Under the pieces are notes generated by a model that was not told the DNA's origin, did no database searches, and worked only from the letters and a program-made list of their open reading frames with translations. The position numbers and the translations under genes were made by a program. Source: Nitrospirota bacterium (lineage in GTDB: Bacteria > Nitrospirota > Thermodesulfovibrionia > Thermodesulfovibrionales > Dissulfurispiraceae). From it: DNA of 64,000 bases. Where the stretch lies: NCBI GenBank assembly GCA_963710375.1, contig CAVPZX010000002.1:352001-416000 (forward strand). Reading direction: 5' to 3'. How positions within the stretch are numbered: position 1 is the first letter of the stretch; each line of letters begins with the position of its first letter. Positions 31,234 through 39,596 of the stretch are shown here, piece after piece.

Positions 31234-31849
31234 TAAAGCCCTTAAGGAGTTTCAGACCGAGTTCCTGACTCTTTTCAGGATGGAACTGCGTGGCAAATAT
31301 GTTGTCTTTCCACACCATAGATACGAAATCAACTCCGTAATCCGTCCGTGATGCAATAATCCCCTCATCTTCCGGCACAACATAATACGAATGAACAAAG
31401 TAGAAGTATGCATTGTCCTGTATCCCGTCAAAAATTGGGGGCGTTTTTAACAGCCTGGCAGTATTCCATCCCATGTGGGGAATCTTCATTACGCCGGTTC
31501 CGGCATCCCCGAGTTTATCAAAGTTGAACTTGACAACCTTTCCCCCGAAAACATCCATACCCTTGCAGAAGCCGAACTCTTCTGATTCGGCAAATAGTAT
31601 CTGAAGACCGAGACATATGCCCAGATAGGGCTTGCCCTTTGCAATCTCTTTCTTAATGCAGTCGAGCAGGCGCAAGTCATCCAGATTGCGCATGCAATCC
31701 TTGAAGGCGCCCACTCCGGGCAGCACAATACCTTTGGCGTCGGCAATGATCTTCGGATCAGCGGTTATCCTGACATCAGCGCCAACCTTTATAAACGCCT
31801 TCTCAACACTCCTTATATTCCCCATGCCATAATCAACAATCGCAATCAT
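31211..31849 (-). CDS. hisH: Imidazole glycerol phosphate synthase glutaminase subunit
   Basis: DYGMGN, PGVGAF, GICLGLQ, PHMGWN, FVHSY, QFHPEKS. Confidence 0.96.
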   Translation of the reverse strand: MIAIVDYGMGNIRSVEKAFIKVGADVRITADPKIIADAKGIVLPGVGAFKDCMRNLDDLRLLDCIKKEIAKGKPYLGICLGLQILFAESEEFGFCKGMDVFGGKVVKFNFDKLGDAGTGVMKIPHMGWNTARLLKTPPIFDGIQDNAYFYFVHSYYVVPEDEGIIASRTDYGVDFVSMVWKDNIFATQFHPEKSQELGLKLLKGFNGFVCRS

Positions 31850-31950
31850 TTGCAGACCCCTTACAGTCACAAAAAAAGGTTAATCTTACTGCTATTTTTA
31901 ATTATAATACAGTTCAGAGATTATTGTCTTACAATATGAAGGGAGGTATT

Positions 31951-33081
31951 ATGCAGGGTCTATACGCAATTAATAAAGAGCGGCTGATAAACACCTTTGT
32001 AGAACTCATAAAAGTAAACTCCTCTTCATTACACGAAAGAGAGATAGGAGAATTGCTCGCGGTTGAATTACGCCAGGCCGGATGCAGCGTCACCATTCAG
32101 GACTACGGCGATTCTTTTAATCTTATCGCTTTTAAAGAGAGCTCAAATCGGGCTGTCCCTACTCTTATTTTAAGCGCACATATGGATACAATAGAATCCT
32201 CAGAAGGCATAATTTTCTCAATTGACAACGACACAATCAGGACTACAGGCCCAACCATCCTAGGCGCCGACGACAAGAGCGCCCTTGCCCAGATTATTGA
32301 AGCACTCCTGGTCCTGCAAGAGCAGGGAATTCCTCATGGTGACATTGAAATTATTTTCAGCTCCGCAGAAGAAACAGGGCTGCTTGGTGCACGAAATCTT
32401 GATTTCGCGGGCATAAGGGGCAGACATGCCATTGTTATGGACTCAAGCGGCAGCGTAGGCAGCCTGGTAGTTGCCGCCCCTACCCACGTCACCTATGAAA
32501 TGCAGATTCTAGGAAAGTCGGCCCATGCCGGAATAGAGCCTGAGCGCGGTATCAGCGCAATACGGGTCGCTTCGCGTATCATCGCTGAAATCCCTGATGG
32601 AAGGATAGACCCTGAAACCACGGCAAACATAGGCATTATAAAAGGTGGGTCGGCCACCAATGTTGTCCCTCAGGACGTCGTCATAAAAGGAGAGATCAGG
32701 GGGCACAGCGCTGAGAAAATAGAACAGACAAAAAAAAGAATCTTTGGGACTGCCCGGGACATTACCGAACAACACCATGCCCTGATCACCATAGCAGAGC
32801 GGGAAGAATATACTGCATACACTATTGACAGCAGCGCGCCGTTTCTTCTTTATCTCGCAAGCGTTTTAAAAAAATGCCAATTATCTCCTGCATATACAGT
32901 TACGGGTGGAGGATCGGATGCGAACATCTTTAATCAAAAAGGCATACAAGCTATCAATATCTCAACAGGAATGCAGAAAGTGCATTCAACAGAGGAGTTT
33001 ATAAGCATTAAAGACCTTTATGCCGGTTGTATGGTTGTCATCAATGCCATAGCGGGCTTTGACAGTTTTTTAAACCAATAA
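31951..33081 (+). CDS. M20 family metallopeptidase (peptidase T-like)
   Basis: SAHMDT, LGADDK, EETGL, GKSAHAG, GGGSDAN. Confidence 0.92.
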   Translation: MQGLYAINKERLINTFVELIKVNSSSLHEREIGELLAVELRQAGCSVTIQDYGDSFNLIAFKESSNRAVPTLILSAHMDTIESSEGIIFSIDNDTIRTTGPTILGADDKSALAQIIEALLVLQEQGIPHGDIEIIFSSAEETGLLGARNLDFAGIRGRHAIVMDSSGSVGSLVVAAPTHVTYEMQILGKSAHAGIEPERGISAIRVASRIIAEIPDGRIDPETTANIGIIKGGSATNVVPQDVVIKGEIRGHSAEKIEQTKKRIFGTARDITEQHHALITIAEREEYTAYTIDSSAPFLLYLASVLKKCQLSPAYTVTGGGSDANIFNQKGIQAINISTGMQKVHSTEEFISIKDLYAGCMVVINAIAGFDSFLNQ

Positions 33082-33101
33082 AATGATTTCCCCCTGCATC
33101 T

Positions 33102-34556
33102 TCAAACTCTCCTCATCAGCATTCTGCGAATAGCGTTTTGTACACGTTGAATGGGTTCTCTGCGATAATCCCATTGTGAGCCTTGATCAGGTGGATTGAC
33201 AACCATCGTTGCGTTGGCTTCAAAGAGAAGGACTTCACCGTGATCGTTTAGACCAAAATCAATACCTGCATAATCGAGCTCAAGATGTTGTTGAATTTGC
33301 TTCAGAGCTTCCATGGCTTTTAAACCGATAGTATTAGGCATGTCTTCCAGAAATTTAGCATCTTCTGCACGGTTTTCCGGGTTGTTCGTCATATCTGCTG
33401 TAAAGTAATGGACTTTCCAGTTACGCGAAATAGCCGCGTGCAATGGATAGATTTCACCGTCAATGAACATGACTCGATATTTACGCATATAACCATCGGC
33501 ATTCACAGACTCGAGATATTCGATGACCATTAGTTCTTTGCCAGGTAAATTATTGATTATTTCATTCAGATCTTTTTCATTTTCAATTTTGAAAAAAAAT
33601 TTCCCTGTATGAAATCCCGGTTTGCGAATTAAAAACGGAAATTTAAAACCAATGTTCGAGAGAAAGTTATATGTGAGGTTTTCTCGCCTGATAGTATCTA
33701 TTTTAGGCGTTATTACTCCTGGGATATGGCTAAGTCTGGCTGCATTGTCAATGCGTCCTGTAACCTTAACAGCCGAAGGTTTATTGATGACTGGTTTAGT
33801 TGTAAGGGTAAGAATTTTTTCAGCTTGCTCCAAGGCTGTTTGACATAAATCAGCATCACCGACTGAGTTAAAAACCAAATGATGCGGTGGTAGAGGCAAT
33901 GATGTATCGAAATACTCTACAGCAAGGGCAGTGGTTAAAAATATTTGATCATCCAGATGATGGAGTAAAGGGATGTTTCCTCCGGTTGCGGAAAAAAGAA
34001 CAAGAATGTTAATTGGCGGCACTTTCCCACGATACGGAAATACGGTAATAGTGCGGTTCTGAAATCCTAATGCTCGGTGATATATTGCCTTTTCTTCCTC
34101 CCCGGTCTCCATTAAAACATAGGCAAGACCTTGATGAGCATTGGCCAGGTTTGGATCAAATTGAAGCGCAATTTCGTAGTGTTTTCGTGCATCAGTCAGC
34201 TCCGAGTCTTCTCTTAATACTGTGGCCAAATTAACGTGACCAATTGGATTATTTGGATGTTGCTTTACAGCTTCAGCGAATGCAATTCGTGCAGCATTTC
34301 TGAATCCCATCGAATAAGCTAACATCCCCAGATTAATAAGCGTATCAAAATCTGTTGGTTCTTCAACTAATATATTAAAGTAGACGTCTTTTGCTTTTTC
34401 TTTTTGACCTAATTCAACAAGGGTACGCGCATATTCCAAACGCAATGCGTTTGTTTTTTCTCCTGCATCCATACGTTTCTCAATTTGATCCAACTTTTCC
34501 TTAAGCAACAAGTATGGAATCCAGTTCTTCATTTTATGAGCAGGATTATTATCCAT
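33102..34556 (-). CDS. TPR-repeat protein with C-terminal ATP-grasp-like domain (start uncertain: 34574/34556/34532)
   Basis: N-terminal TPR helices; C-terminal RKPGFHTG, KYRVMFI, LDYAGIDFG..LLFEAN ATP-grasp signature. Confidence 0.8.
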   Translation of the reverse strand: MDNNPAHKMKNWIPYLLLKEKLDQIEKRMDAGEKTNALRLEYARTLVELGQKEKAKDVYFNILVEEPTDFDTLINLGMLAYSMGFRNAARIAFAEAVKQHPNNPIGHVNLATVLREDSELTDARKHYEIALQFDPNLANAHQGLAYVLMETGEEEKAIYHRALGFQNRTITVFPYRGKVPPINILVLFSATGGNIPLLHHLDDQIFLTTALAVEYFDTSLPLPPHHLVFNSVGDADLCQTALEQAEKILTLTTKPVINKPSAVKVTGRIDNAARLSHIPGVITPKIDTIRRENLTYNFLSNIGFKFPFLIRKPGFHTGKFFFKIENEKDLNEIINNLPGKELMVIEYLESVNADGYMRKYRVMFIDGEIYPLHAAISRNWKVHYFTADMTNNPENRAEDAKFLEDMPNTIGLKAMEALKQIQQHLELDYAGIDFGLNDHGEVLLFEANATMVVNPPDQGSQWDYRREPIQRVQNAIRRMLMRRV

Positions 34557-35640
34557 GTAGACGAAGAAATTCAACTAACCAGGTAGACAGCGCATTAGCT
34601 GCATCCAGAGAAACGGCATTGTATAACGATACTCTCAGCCCCCCAATCGAACGATGGCCTTCAAGCCCATGAAATCCTTCTCGGTGAGAAGCCTCTAAAA
34701 ATAATGTTTCCAAAGACGGGTTCGGCAAGCTAAAAACAATATTCATTGTTGAGCGAAAAGGTCGTTGACTATGCACCCGATAAAACCCGGCATCCGTATC
34801 TAACGCGCCATAAATCAAATCCGCTTTTATCCGATTAATCGCACCCATAGCAGCCAGCCCCCCAATTTTATCTCGTAACCACCGCGTCACCAGCATGAGG
34901 ACGTAGATGGAAAAAACCGGCGGTGTATTAAATACGGACTTTGCTTGAATATGCGTACGGTAATCCAGCATACTAGGTAATGTTCTGTTGGCCCTCTTTA
35001 CAAACCCGTCCTCCAAGATACACACAGCGACTCCCGATGGTCCTAGATTTTTCTGAGCATGCGCATAGATAAAGGCATATTTGTCTATTGCAACAGTTGA
35101 AGCAAGCAAATTGGAAGACATATCGCACACGAGCGGAACATCGTTCAAACCTGGTATCCAGGTAAATTCAAGCCCCTCAACAGTCTCATTGGAAACGTAA
35201 TGAAGATAAGTCGCATCATGGGAAAGATCCAGATCATTTAAGCTGGGCAAACAGGTATAACCGGTATCCTCTCCATCCCACACCACCTTCGCATCACCTT
35301 CAATTTGACCCTCTCTGAATGCTTTAGCGCTCCAGTATCCCGACACAATATATTCTGCATGTCGGTTAGTGCCGCGCAAAAAATTCATCGGCAGCATGGA
35401 AAACTGCAGACTGCTGCCTCCTTGCATAAAAATTACATGATAGTTATCCGGGATCTCAAGTAACTTGCGTAAATTATTCTCTGCTTCATCAAGGACGTCT
35501 CGAAACCATGCAGAGCGATGGCTCATACATAGTACAGATATTCCCGTTTCGGGTAAAGCTTCTACCGCCTTGCTTGCTTCCAGGAGTACTTCTATGGGCA
35601 AGGCACCTGGACCGGCTGAGAAATTCATAGTATTGCTCAT
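34549..35640 (-). CDS. serC: Phosphoserine aminotransferase
   Basis: NFSAGP, SHRS, QGG, NETVEG, DMSS, AQKNLGPSG, NTPP, GHRSIGG.R.SLYNA. Confidence 0.94.
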   Translation of the reverse strand: MSNTMNFSAGPGALPIEVLLEASKAVEALPETGISVLCMSHRSAWFRDVLDEAENNLRKLLEIPDNYHVIFMQGGSSLQFSMLPMNFLRGTNRHAEYIVSGYWSAKAFREGQIEGDAKVVWDGEDTGYTCLPSLNDLDLSHDATYLHYVSNETVEGLEFTWIPGLNDVPLVCDMSSNLLASTVAIDKYAFIYAHAQKNLGPSGVAVCILEDGFVKRANRTLPSMLDYRTHIQAKSVFNTPPVFSIYVLMLVTRWLRDKIGGLAAMGAINRIKADLIYGALDTDAGFYRVHSQRPFRSTMNIVFSLPNPSLETLFLEASHREGFHGLEGHRSIGGLRVSLYNAVSLDAANALSTWLVEFLRLHG

Positions 35641-35730
35641 TGAGTGGAACTCTCCATATGCTTAAGGTCTTGAACCTATCAAACGCTTCTTCTGAGCGTC
35701 TGAATGCCCAAGTTATTTATTCGCAGACCC

Positions 35731-36060
35731 TTAAAATCTATTTAAAATTAAAAGAGCTAAAACAACATAAAGGGTGAACCCGGTTGTCAGCGAGGGTAGA
35801 AAACCGAGGCGCGGCGTCAAAAAAATAACGGCAAAAATATACGTAAACCATGGGAGCATCATCATGACCAGACCCTTGGCATAAGGCACAATGGCCTTCT
35901 GCCCTGCTTCATTATAAATCATAAGAAACGTAACAAGTGTGATGACCGGCATATTTGCCAAAAAAGCCCCAAGGAGGGGTCTAGCATGACTCGCAAAATA
36001 AGTGACAACACTTATCACTATCCCGCCGACTAAGAAATAAAAAACGTATTTTAATTCCAT
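35731..36060 (-). CDS. Small multi-TM membrane protein (DUF3147/GlpM-like)
   Basis: Four hydrophobic segments, FLVGG..., GAFLANMP pattern. Confidence 0.75.
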   Translation of the reverse strand: MELKYVFYFLVGGIVISVVTYFASHARPLLGAFLANMPVITLVTFLMIYNEAGQKAIVPYAKGLVMMMLPWFTYIFAVIFLTPRLGFLPSLTTGFTLYVVLALLILNRF

Positions 36061-36104
36061 AGGATATTATAACAGCATTATCACACTTGATACAGATGAA
36101 CTGC

Positions 36105-36286
36105 ATATGCGGTAGCGGGCCAGTTTGTTTTTGCTCTGTATCAATTAGCCGTTCAATTCAATCACTGGCCTGTATTTGGCATTATTTGTGGTCGCCACTT
36201 CTATATATGTGGACTCGGCGTTACTCGCCCACTACTGATAACCCAGGTGATACATAGCAAAAACAAACTGGTCCACTACCGCATAT
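36105..36286. repeat. 39-bp inverted repeat (3 mismatches) around a 104-nt spacer; MITE-like
   Basis: ATATGCGGTAGCGGGCCAGTTTGTTTTTGCTCTGTATCA (36105-36143) versus TGATACATAGCAAAAACAAACTGGTCCACTACCGCATAT (36248-36286). Confidence 0.8.
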
Positions 36287-36319
36287 CCTGCAGATGTCAA
36301 AAAGGCAAAATTTTTTTAA

Positions 36320-36366
36320 GGGCGGCCAGGCTTTTTGCACTCTTACGAGCTACTTGCCTGCCGCCC
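36320..36366 (-). other. Structured hairpin motif, homolog of 39449-39491
   Basis: GGGCGGCAGGC-AAGUA-GCUC-GUAA-GAGU-GCAAAAA-GCCUGGCCGCCC. Confidence 0.7.
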
Positions 36367-36407
36367 TTGTTGCGATAGACTAATCCGGCCTTCAAGGATT
36401 TCTTTAT

Positions 36408-36725
36408 CTATTGGTGTTTTCGCGCAATCTTGTGGAGAAAGTCGTACACCTTTTCCCGCAAATACTTTGCTGTCCGCGACAGTGTCGCCAGCGCCTTTTG
36501 AATTTTTTCCAGGATACCGGGAAGAATGTCGTCGCACACATACACCCAGCCCTCGCTTATTCTCTCCCTAAGATATCCAAAACATCTTCCGATAGCTACG
36601 TGGAAATGTTCGATTACCCTTTCCAGAATATACGCGATATAAACTTCTACTGCGAGCCTGCCAAAGTTTGACAACTCCTCATGGTGGCTCAATATGTGTC
36701 CCACTACACGCTCGACTGCTTTCAT
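36408..36725 (-). CDS. Hypothetical protein, amphipathic helical
   Basis: ATG preceded by AGGAGG RBS; no recognised family. Confidence 0.65.
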   Translation of the reverse strand: MKAVERVVGHILSHHEELSNFGRLAVEVYIAYILERVIEHFHVAIGRCFGYLRERISEGWVYVCDDILPGILEKIQKALATLSRTAKYLREKVYDFLHKIARKHQ

Positions 36726-36738
36726 TTATCCTCCTGTT

Positions 36739-36788
36739 AAAAAACCCGCCGGGGCGTTATACACTTCCAGGGCAGGCGTTAAGGGTTA
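36739..36788 (-). terminator. Terminator-like hairpin + U-tract just upstream of the RBS of the 36725 ORF
   Basis: UAACCCUUAAC-GCCUGCC...GUGU-AUA-ACGC...GGCGGGU-UUUUU. Confidence 0.7.
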
Positions 36789-36844
36789 GGGAAGCTGGAT
36801 TTTTTAGTCGGGTAGGTTAAATGTGGCACTTACAGGGCAACGGA

Positions 36845-37960
36845 CTATTCGTACTTCAAAACGAGCCCCTGAATATACTGCTCGAATTGGGCTGCGATTT
36901 CCCTGTCATACATCGTGATCATGTTCTCCGCGTTTTCGGTAGCGTTAGTAGAGAAGTTGAAACTTCCGGTCTTTACAACATACCCATCGACAACAAGCAA
37001 TTTGTCATGCATGAAATCATGGGGCCCATCTTCGCTATATGGCGTGGAATGCTTGGCAACCAATTCTTTACTTATGACATTCCACAGCTCGATTTTGGTC
37101 TTGCCGGCGCCATTGTTGCCCCTGTCAAAGGCCCTTACAATATGGTCCATCTCCGGCCCGTCATAGATGCCCCATATTTTTACGCCACGTCTTATTGCAG
37201 TGACCAGGGCATCCAAAACGTTACCGGAAGAAATAACCATCGAGGCAATGACGATCTCACTTTTCGCTGACGTTATCAGATCGGCGATACCTTGATCCAT
37301 AGCTGCGCCATCACCAGGTGCAAAATCTACTTCAACGTTGACCCCGTCGATTTCAGCATCGCCGTGATCGTCCTTGCCCGTTCCCGCAATGCGACCCGAC
37401 TCCCACAACTCCGCAAAGTCGGTCTCATAACATGCGGCGATATCCGGCGATTGCAGGATGACAATGTTGTTATCCTGAATGCTCCATGCGTCGGTGGTAA
37501 AATTGGCTGACCCCATCCAGACACGACGCGCGTCGGCGACTATGTACTTGCTGTGCATCAAGTGTCCACCGCCTTCAATCGGTAAGGCCTTGACATCAGG
37601 CGGAAGATCAAGTATTCCTTTGACCACCTTCACCTTTATATCTTGATGAAGACGCTGCAGGAAATTGCTGTCCGTTCCCGGAGCGGGGTCTTCTCCGGGT
37701 GCGGATTTTCGTTTCCTGTTTTGCTCGAAGTAGGCGACCCTAACATCCATTCCAGCTGCAGCCTTGTTGCTTAGAGCATCGATTACGATCTCAGCTTCGC
37801 CCTCATCAAGACGGAAATCGTAGATGGCGATGTGGACGCTCTCGCGAGCCTCGCCGACGAACTCACTGAATTTTTCAGTGACCTTCATTGCCTGTGCTTT
37901 TCTTGTATTTTCGGTATCCTGCGCTGTTAAAAGCGTCAGCTCAATATTGTTAGTCATCAT
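36845..37960 (-). CDS. Phospholipase D superfamily protein with two HKD motifs (nuclease or phospholipase)
   Basis: HSKYIVAD..WMGSANF and HDKLLVVD..TGSFNF; no obvious signal peptide. Confidence 0.9.
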   Translation of the reverse strand: MMTNNIELTLLTAQDTENTRKAQAMKVTEKFSEFVGEARESVHIAIYDFRLDEGEAEIVIDALSNKAAAGMDVRVAYFEQNRKRKSAPGEDPAPGTDSNFLQRLHQDIKVKVVKGILDLPPDVKALPIEGGGHLMHSKYIVADARRVWMGSANFTTDAWSIQDNNIVILQSPDIAACYETDFAELWESGRIAGTGKDDHGDAEIDGVNVEVDFAPGDGAAMDQGIADLITSAKSEIVIASMVISSGNVLDALVTAIRRGVKIWGIYDGPEMDHIVRAFDRGNNGAGKTKIELWNVISKELVAKHSTPYSEDGPHDFMHDKLLVVDGYVVKTGSFNFSTNATENAENMITMYDREIAAQFEQYIQGLVLKYE

Positions 37961-37979
37961 TTTTTCTCCTTTTTGAGAT

Positions 37980-38028
37980 AAAAAAACCCGCTGGGCGTCA
38001 AACGCCGGACAGCGGGTGTTGAGGGTTA
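37980..38028 (-). terminator. Terminator-like hairpin + U-tract just upstream of the PLD RBS
   Basis: UAACCCUCAAC-ACCCGCUG...GGCGU-UUG-ACGCC-CAGCGGGU-UUUUUU. Confidence 0.75.
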
Positions 38029-38051
38029 ATGGTTGCTAAGATTTTGAACGC

Positions 38052-38119
38052 AAAAAAGCCGGTCACTCCGAAAACTCAAGCGCACAGAAAGCTGCGTGCC
38101 GAGTGTCCAGAATGCCGGC
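38052..38119 (-). terminator. Long bulged hairpin + U6 after the HD gene
   Basis: GCCGG-CAUUCUG...ACUCGG..CGCAG-CUUU-CUGUG..UUGAGU...CGGAGUG-A-CCGGC-UUUUUU; G-U pairs favour the minus strand. Confidence 0.7.
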
Positions 38120-38140
38120 CTGAATGATGGTTTATACTTG

Positions 38141-39169
38141 TTAGTTGCTGCTCATTAACTGCACAGCAGCCTTTTCAAAACCGCCGTCACTCATTGAGGC
38201 GATGTAGTCCACTGCGATTCGCTGAGCCGGTGTTGTTCTGATATAAGATGCGCCGATGCCCTCAGCCCAGTTTCTGACTGGAAATAACTCTGATTCGGCA
38301 AGCTGTTCGCGGTACACCTGAAAGAGCATGTGGAACTTTCTCTCCCTCTCCTTCCTCAGTTCGTTTGAGATTGTTTTTGAGTAAATCGACCTGTAGCAGA
38401 ACTTCAGCAACCCTTCCAGTGCCTGGAATATGCTGTCAGAATAGCGGATAGCGGGTCTATTCCGGCTTTCACCTATAAGATCATTAATCAGGGCTTTCCG
38501 GATATTCGCCTCGCAGTTACCCAGCACAGCAACAGCTGCTTGAGGCAGGTCATCCCTTGTGATGAGCCCGAGCGAAATAGCATCCTCGATGTCCCTGCCG
38601 ATATAGGCGATAACATCCGAAGCCCTTACCACACAGCCTTCGAGCGTCATCGGCCTAATGTTCTTGCTAAAACCAGGCAACTCAAAACAGTTGTGAATTT
38701 CAGCGTGAAGCCTGCTGGCAGTTTTGTCGCAGTCCCGCTCAGACACCTGGCTAAGGGCCTCACCGTTATGGCATAGAACGCCATCTACTACAGACAGGGA
38801 AACGTTAAGGCCTTTTCCGCTCTTTTCAAGAAGCGTCAGGACTCTGGCGCTTTGGGCATTATGAGAAAAATAACCGCACCCTGAAGCTATACAGATATCA
38901 TTAAGATATTTTTCTCCCTCATGGCCATACGGCGGATGGCCGATATCGTGTGCAAGGGCTATAGCTTCGGCAAGACTTTCGTTAAGCCCCAGCGCCATGC
39001 TGATCTGCCGTGCTATATAACTGACAAACTGAACATGCAGCCACCTCCGTGTGATGCCTTCACCAGCAGACTCCGGAAATGCCTGCGTCTTATTGCATCT
39101 GGCATATGCCGCTGAATTAATGATCTCCCCTATTTCATAAAACAAGGTCTCTTTCCATATCTTTTTCAT
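38141..39169 (-). CDS. HD-domain dNTP triphosphohydrolase (dGTPase-like)
   Basis: KTQAF, TRR.LH..FV, ALAHDIGHPPYGHEGE, FSHNAQSAR, TLEG.VVR.SD.IAY..DIEDA, VDYIASMSD; ATG 39169 after AAGGAG. Confidence 0.85.
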   Translation of the reverse strand: MKKIWKETLFYEIGEIINSAAYARCNKTQAFPESAGEGITRRWLHVQFVSYIARQISMALGLNESLAEAIALAHDIGHPPYGHEGEKYLNDICIASGCGYFSHNAQSARVLTLLEKSGKGLNVSLSVVDGVLCHNGEALSQVSERDCDKTASRLHAEIHNCFELPGFSKNIRPMTLEGCVVRASDVIAYIGRDIEDAISLGLITRDDLPQAAVAVLGNCEANIRKALINDLIGESRNRPAIRYSDSIFQALEGLLKFCYRSIYSKTISNELRKERERKFHMLFQVYREQLAESELFPVRNWAEGIGASYIRTTPAQRIAVDYIASMSDGGFEKAAVQLMSSN

Positions 39170-39188
39170 ACCGTTCTCCTTTCCAAAC

Positions 39189-39232
39189 AAAAAAGGCGGG
39201 CAGCCCGAAAAATCGAGCTGCCCGCCTTTTTT
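39189..39232. terminator. Bidirectional intrinsic terminator just upstream of the HD gene RBS
   Basis: A6-GGCGGGCAGC...GCTGCCCGCC-T6. Confidence 0.85.
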
Positions 39233-39250
39233 ATAGTTATTGCTGTTTGC

Positions 39251-39421
39251 CTATATTCTGCCTAAAACCCACTTCAGACTTTTCCTTTCTGCCTCAGTCA
39301 GTTCTGAAAGAGCCCTCACAACAAGCCAAGGGTTCTCCTTTATAAGAGTTTCAATCCTTTTATAGATGCCGGCTCCGGCAATTAGGCCCCTCTCTCTTGC
39401 AACGTGCTTGCCTCCGTTCAT
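39251..39421 (-). CDS. Unannotated 56-aa ORF
   Basis: MNGGKHVARERGLIAGAGIYKRIETLIKENPWLVVRALSELTEAERKSLKWVLGRI; AAAGGA RBS; fills the space between two hairpins. Confidence 0.6.
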   Translation of the reverse strand: MNGGKHVARERGLIAGAGIYKRIETLIKENPWLVVRALSELTEAERKSLKWVLGRI

Positions 39422-39441
39422 TGTGCACATCCTTTAAAAAC

Positions 39442-39491
39442 AAAAAAAGGCGGCAGGCTTTTTCACTCATAAGAGTTACTTGCCTGCCGCC
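39442..39491 (-). terminator. Terminator-like hairpin + U7 upstream of the 56-aa ORF
   Basis: GGCGGCAGGC-AAGUA-ACUC-UUAU-GAGU-GAAAAA-GCCUGCCGCC-UUUUUUU. Confidence 0.8.
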
Positions 39492-39556
39492 TTCGCTTAC
39501 TTCGTCTAAAAAGTTACTTCATCGCGCTAAAATTCCGAATGCCCTCCTCAATAAAC

Positions 39557-39596
39557 AAAAAAGGCACAGCCCCTTCCAAAGGTAGGGCAATGTGCT
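39557..39596 (-). terminator. Terminator-like hairpin + U6 followed by GAGGAGG
   Basis: GCACA-UU-GCCCUACC-UUU-GGAAGGGGC-UGUGC-C-UUUUUU. Confidence 0.65.
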
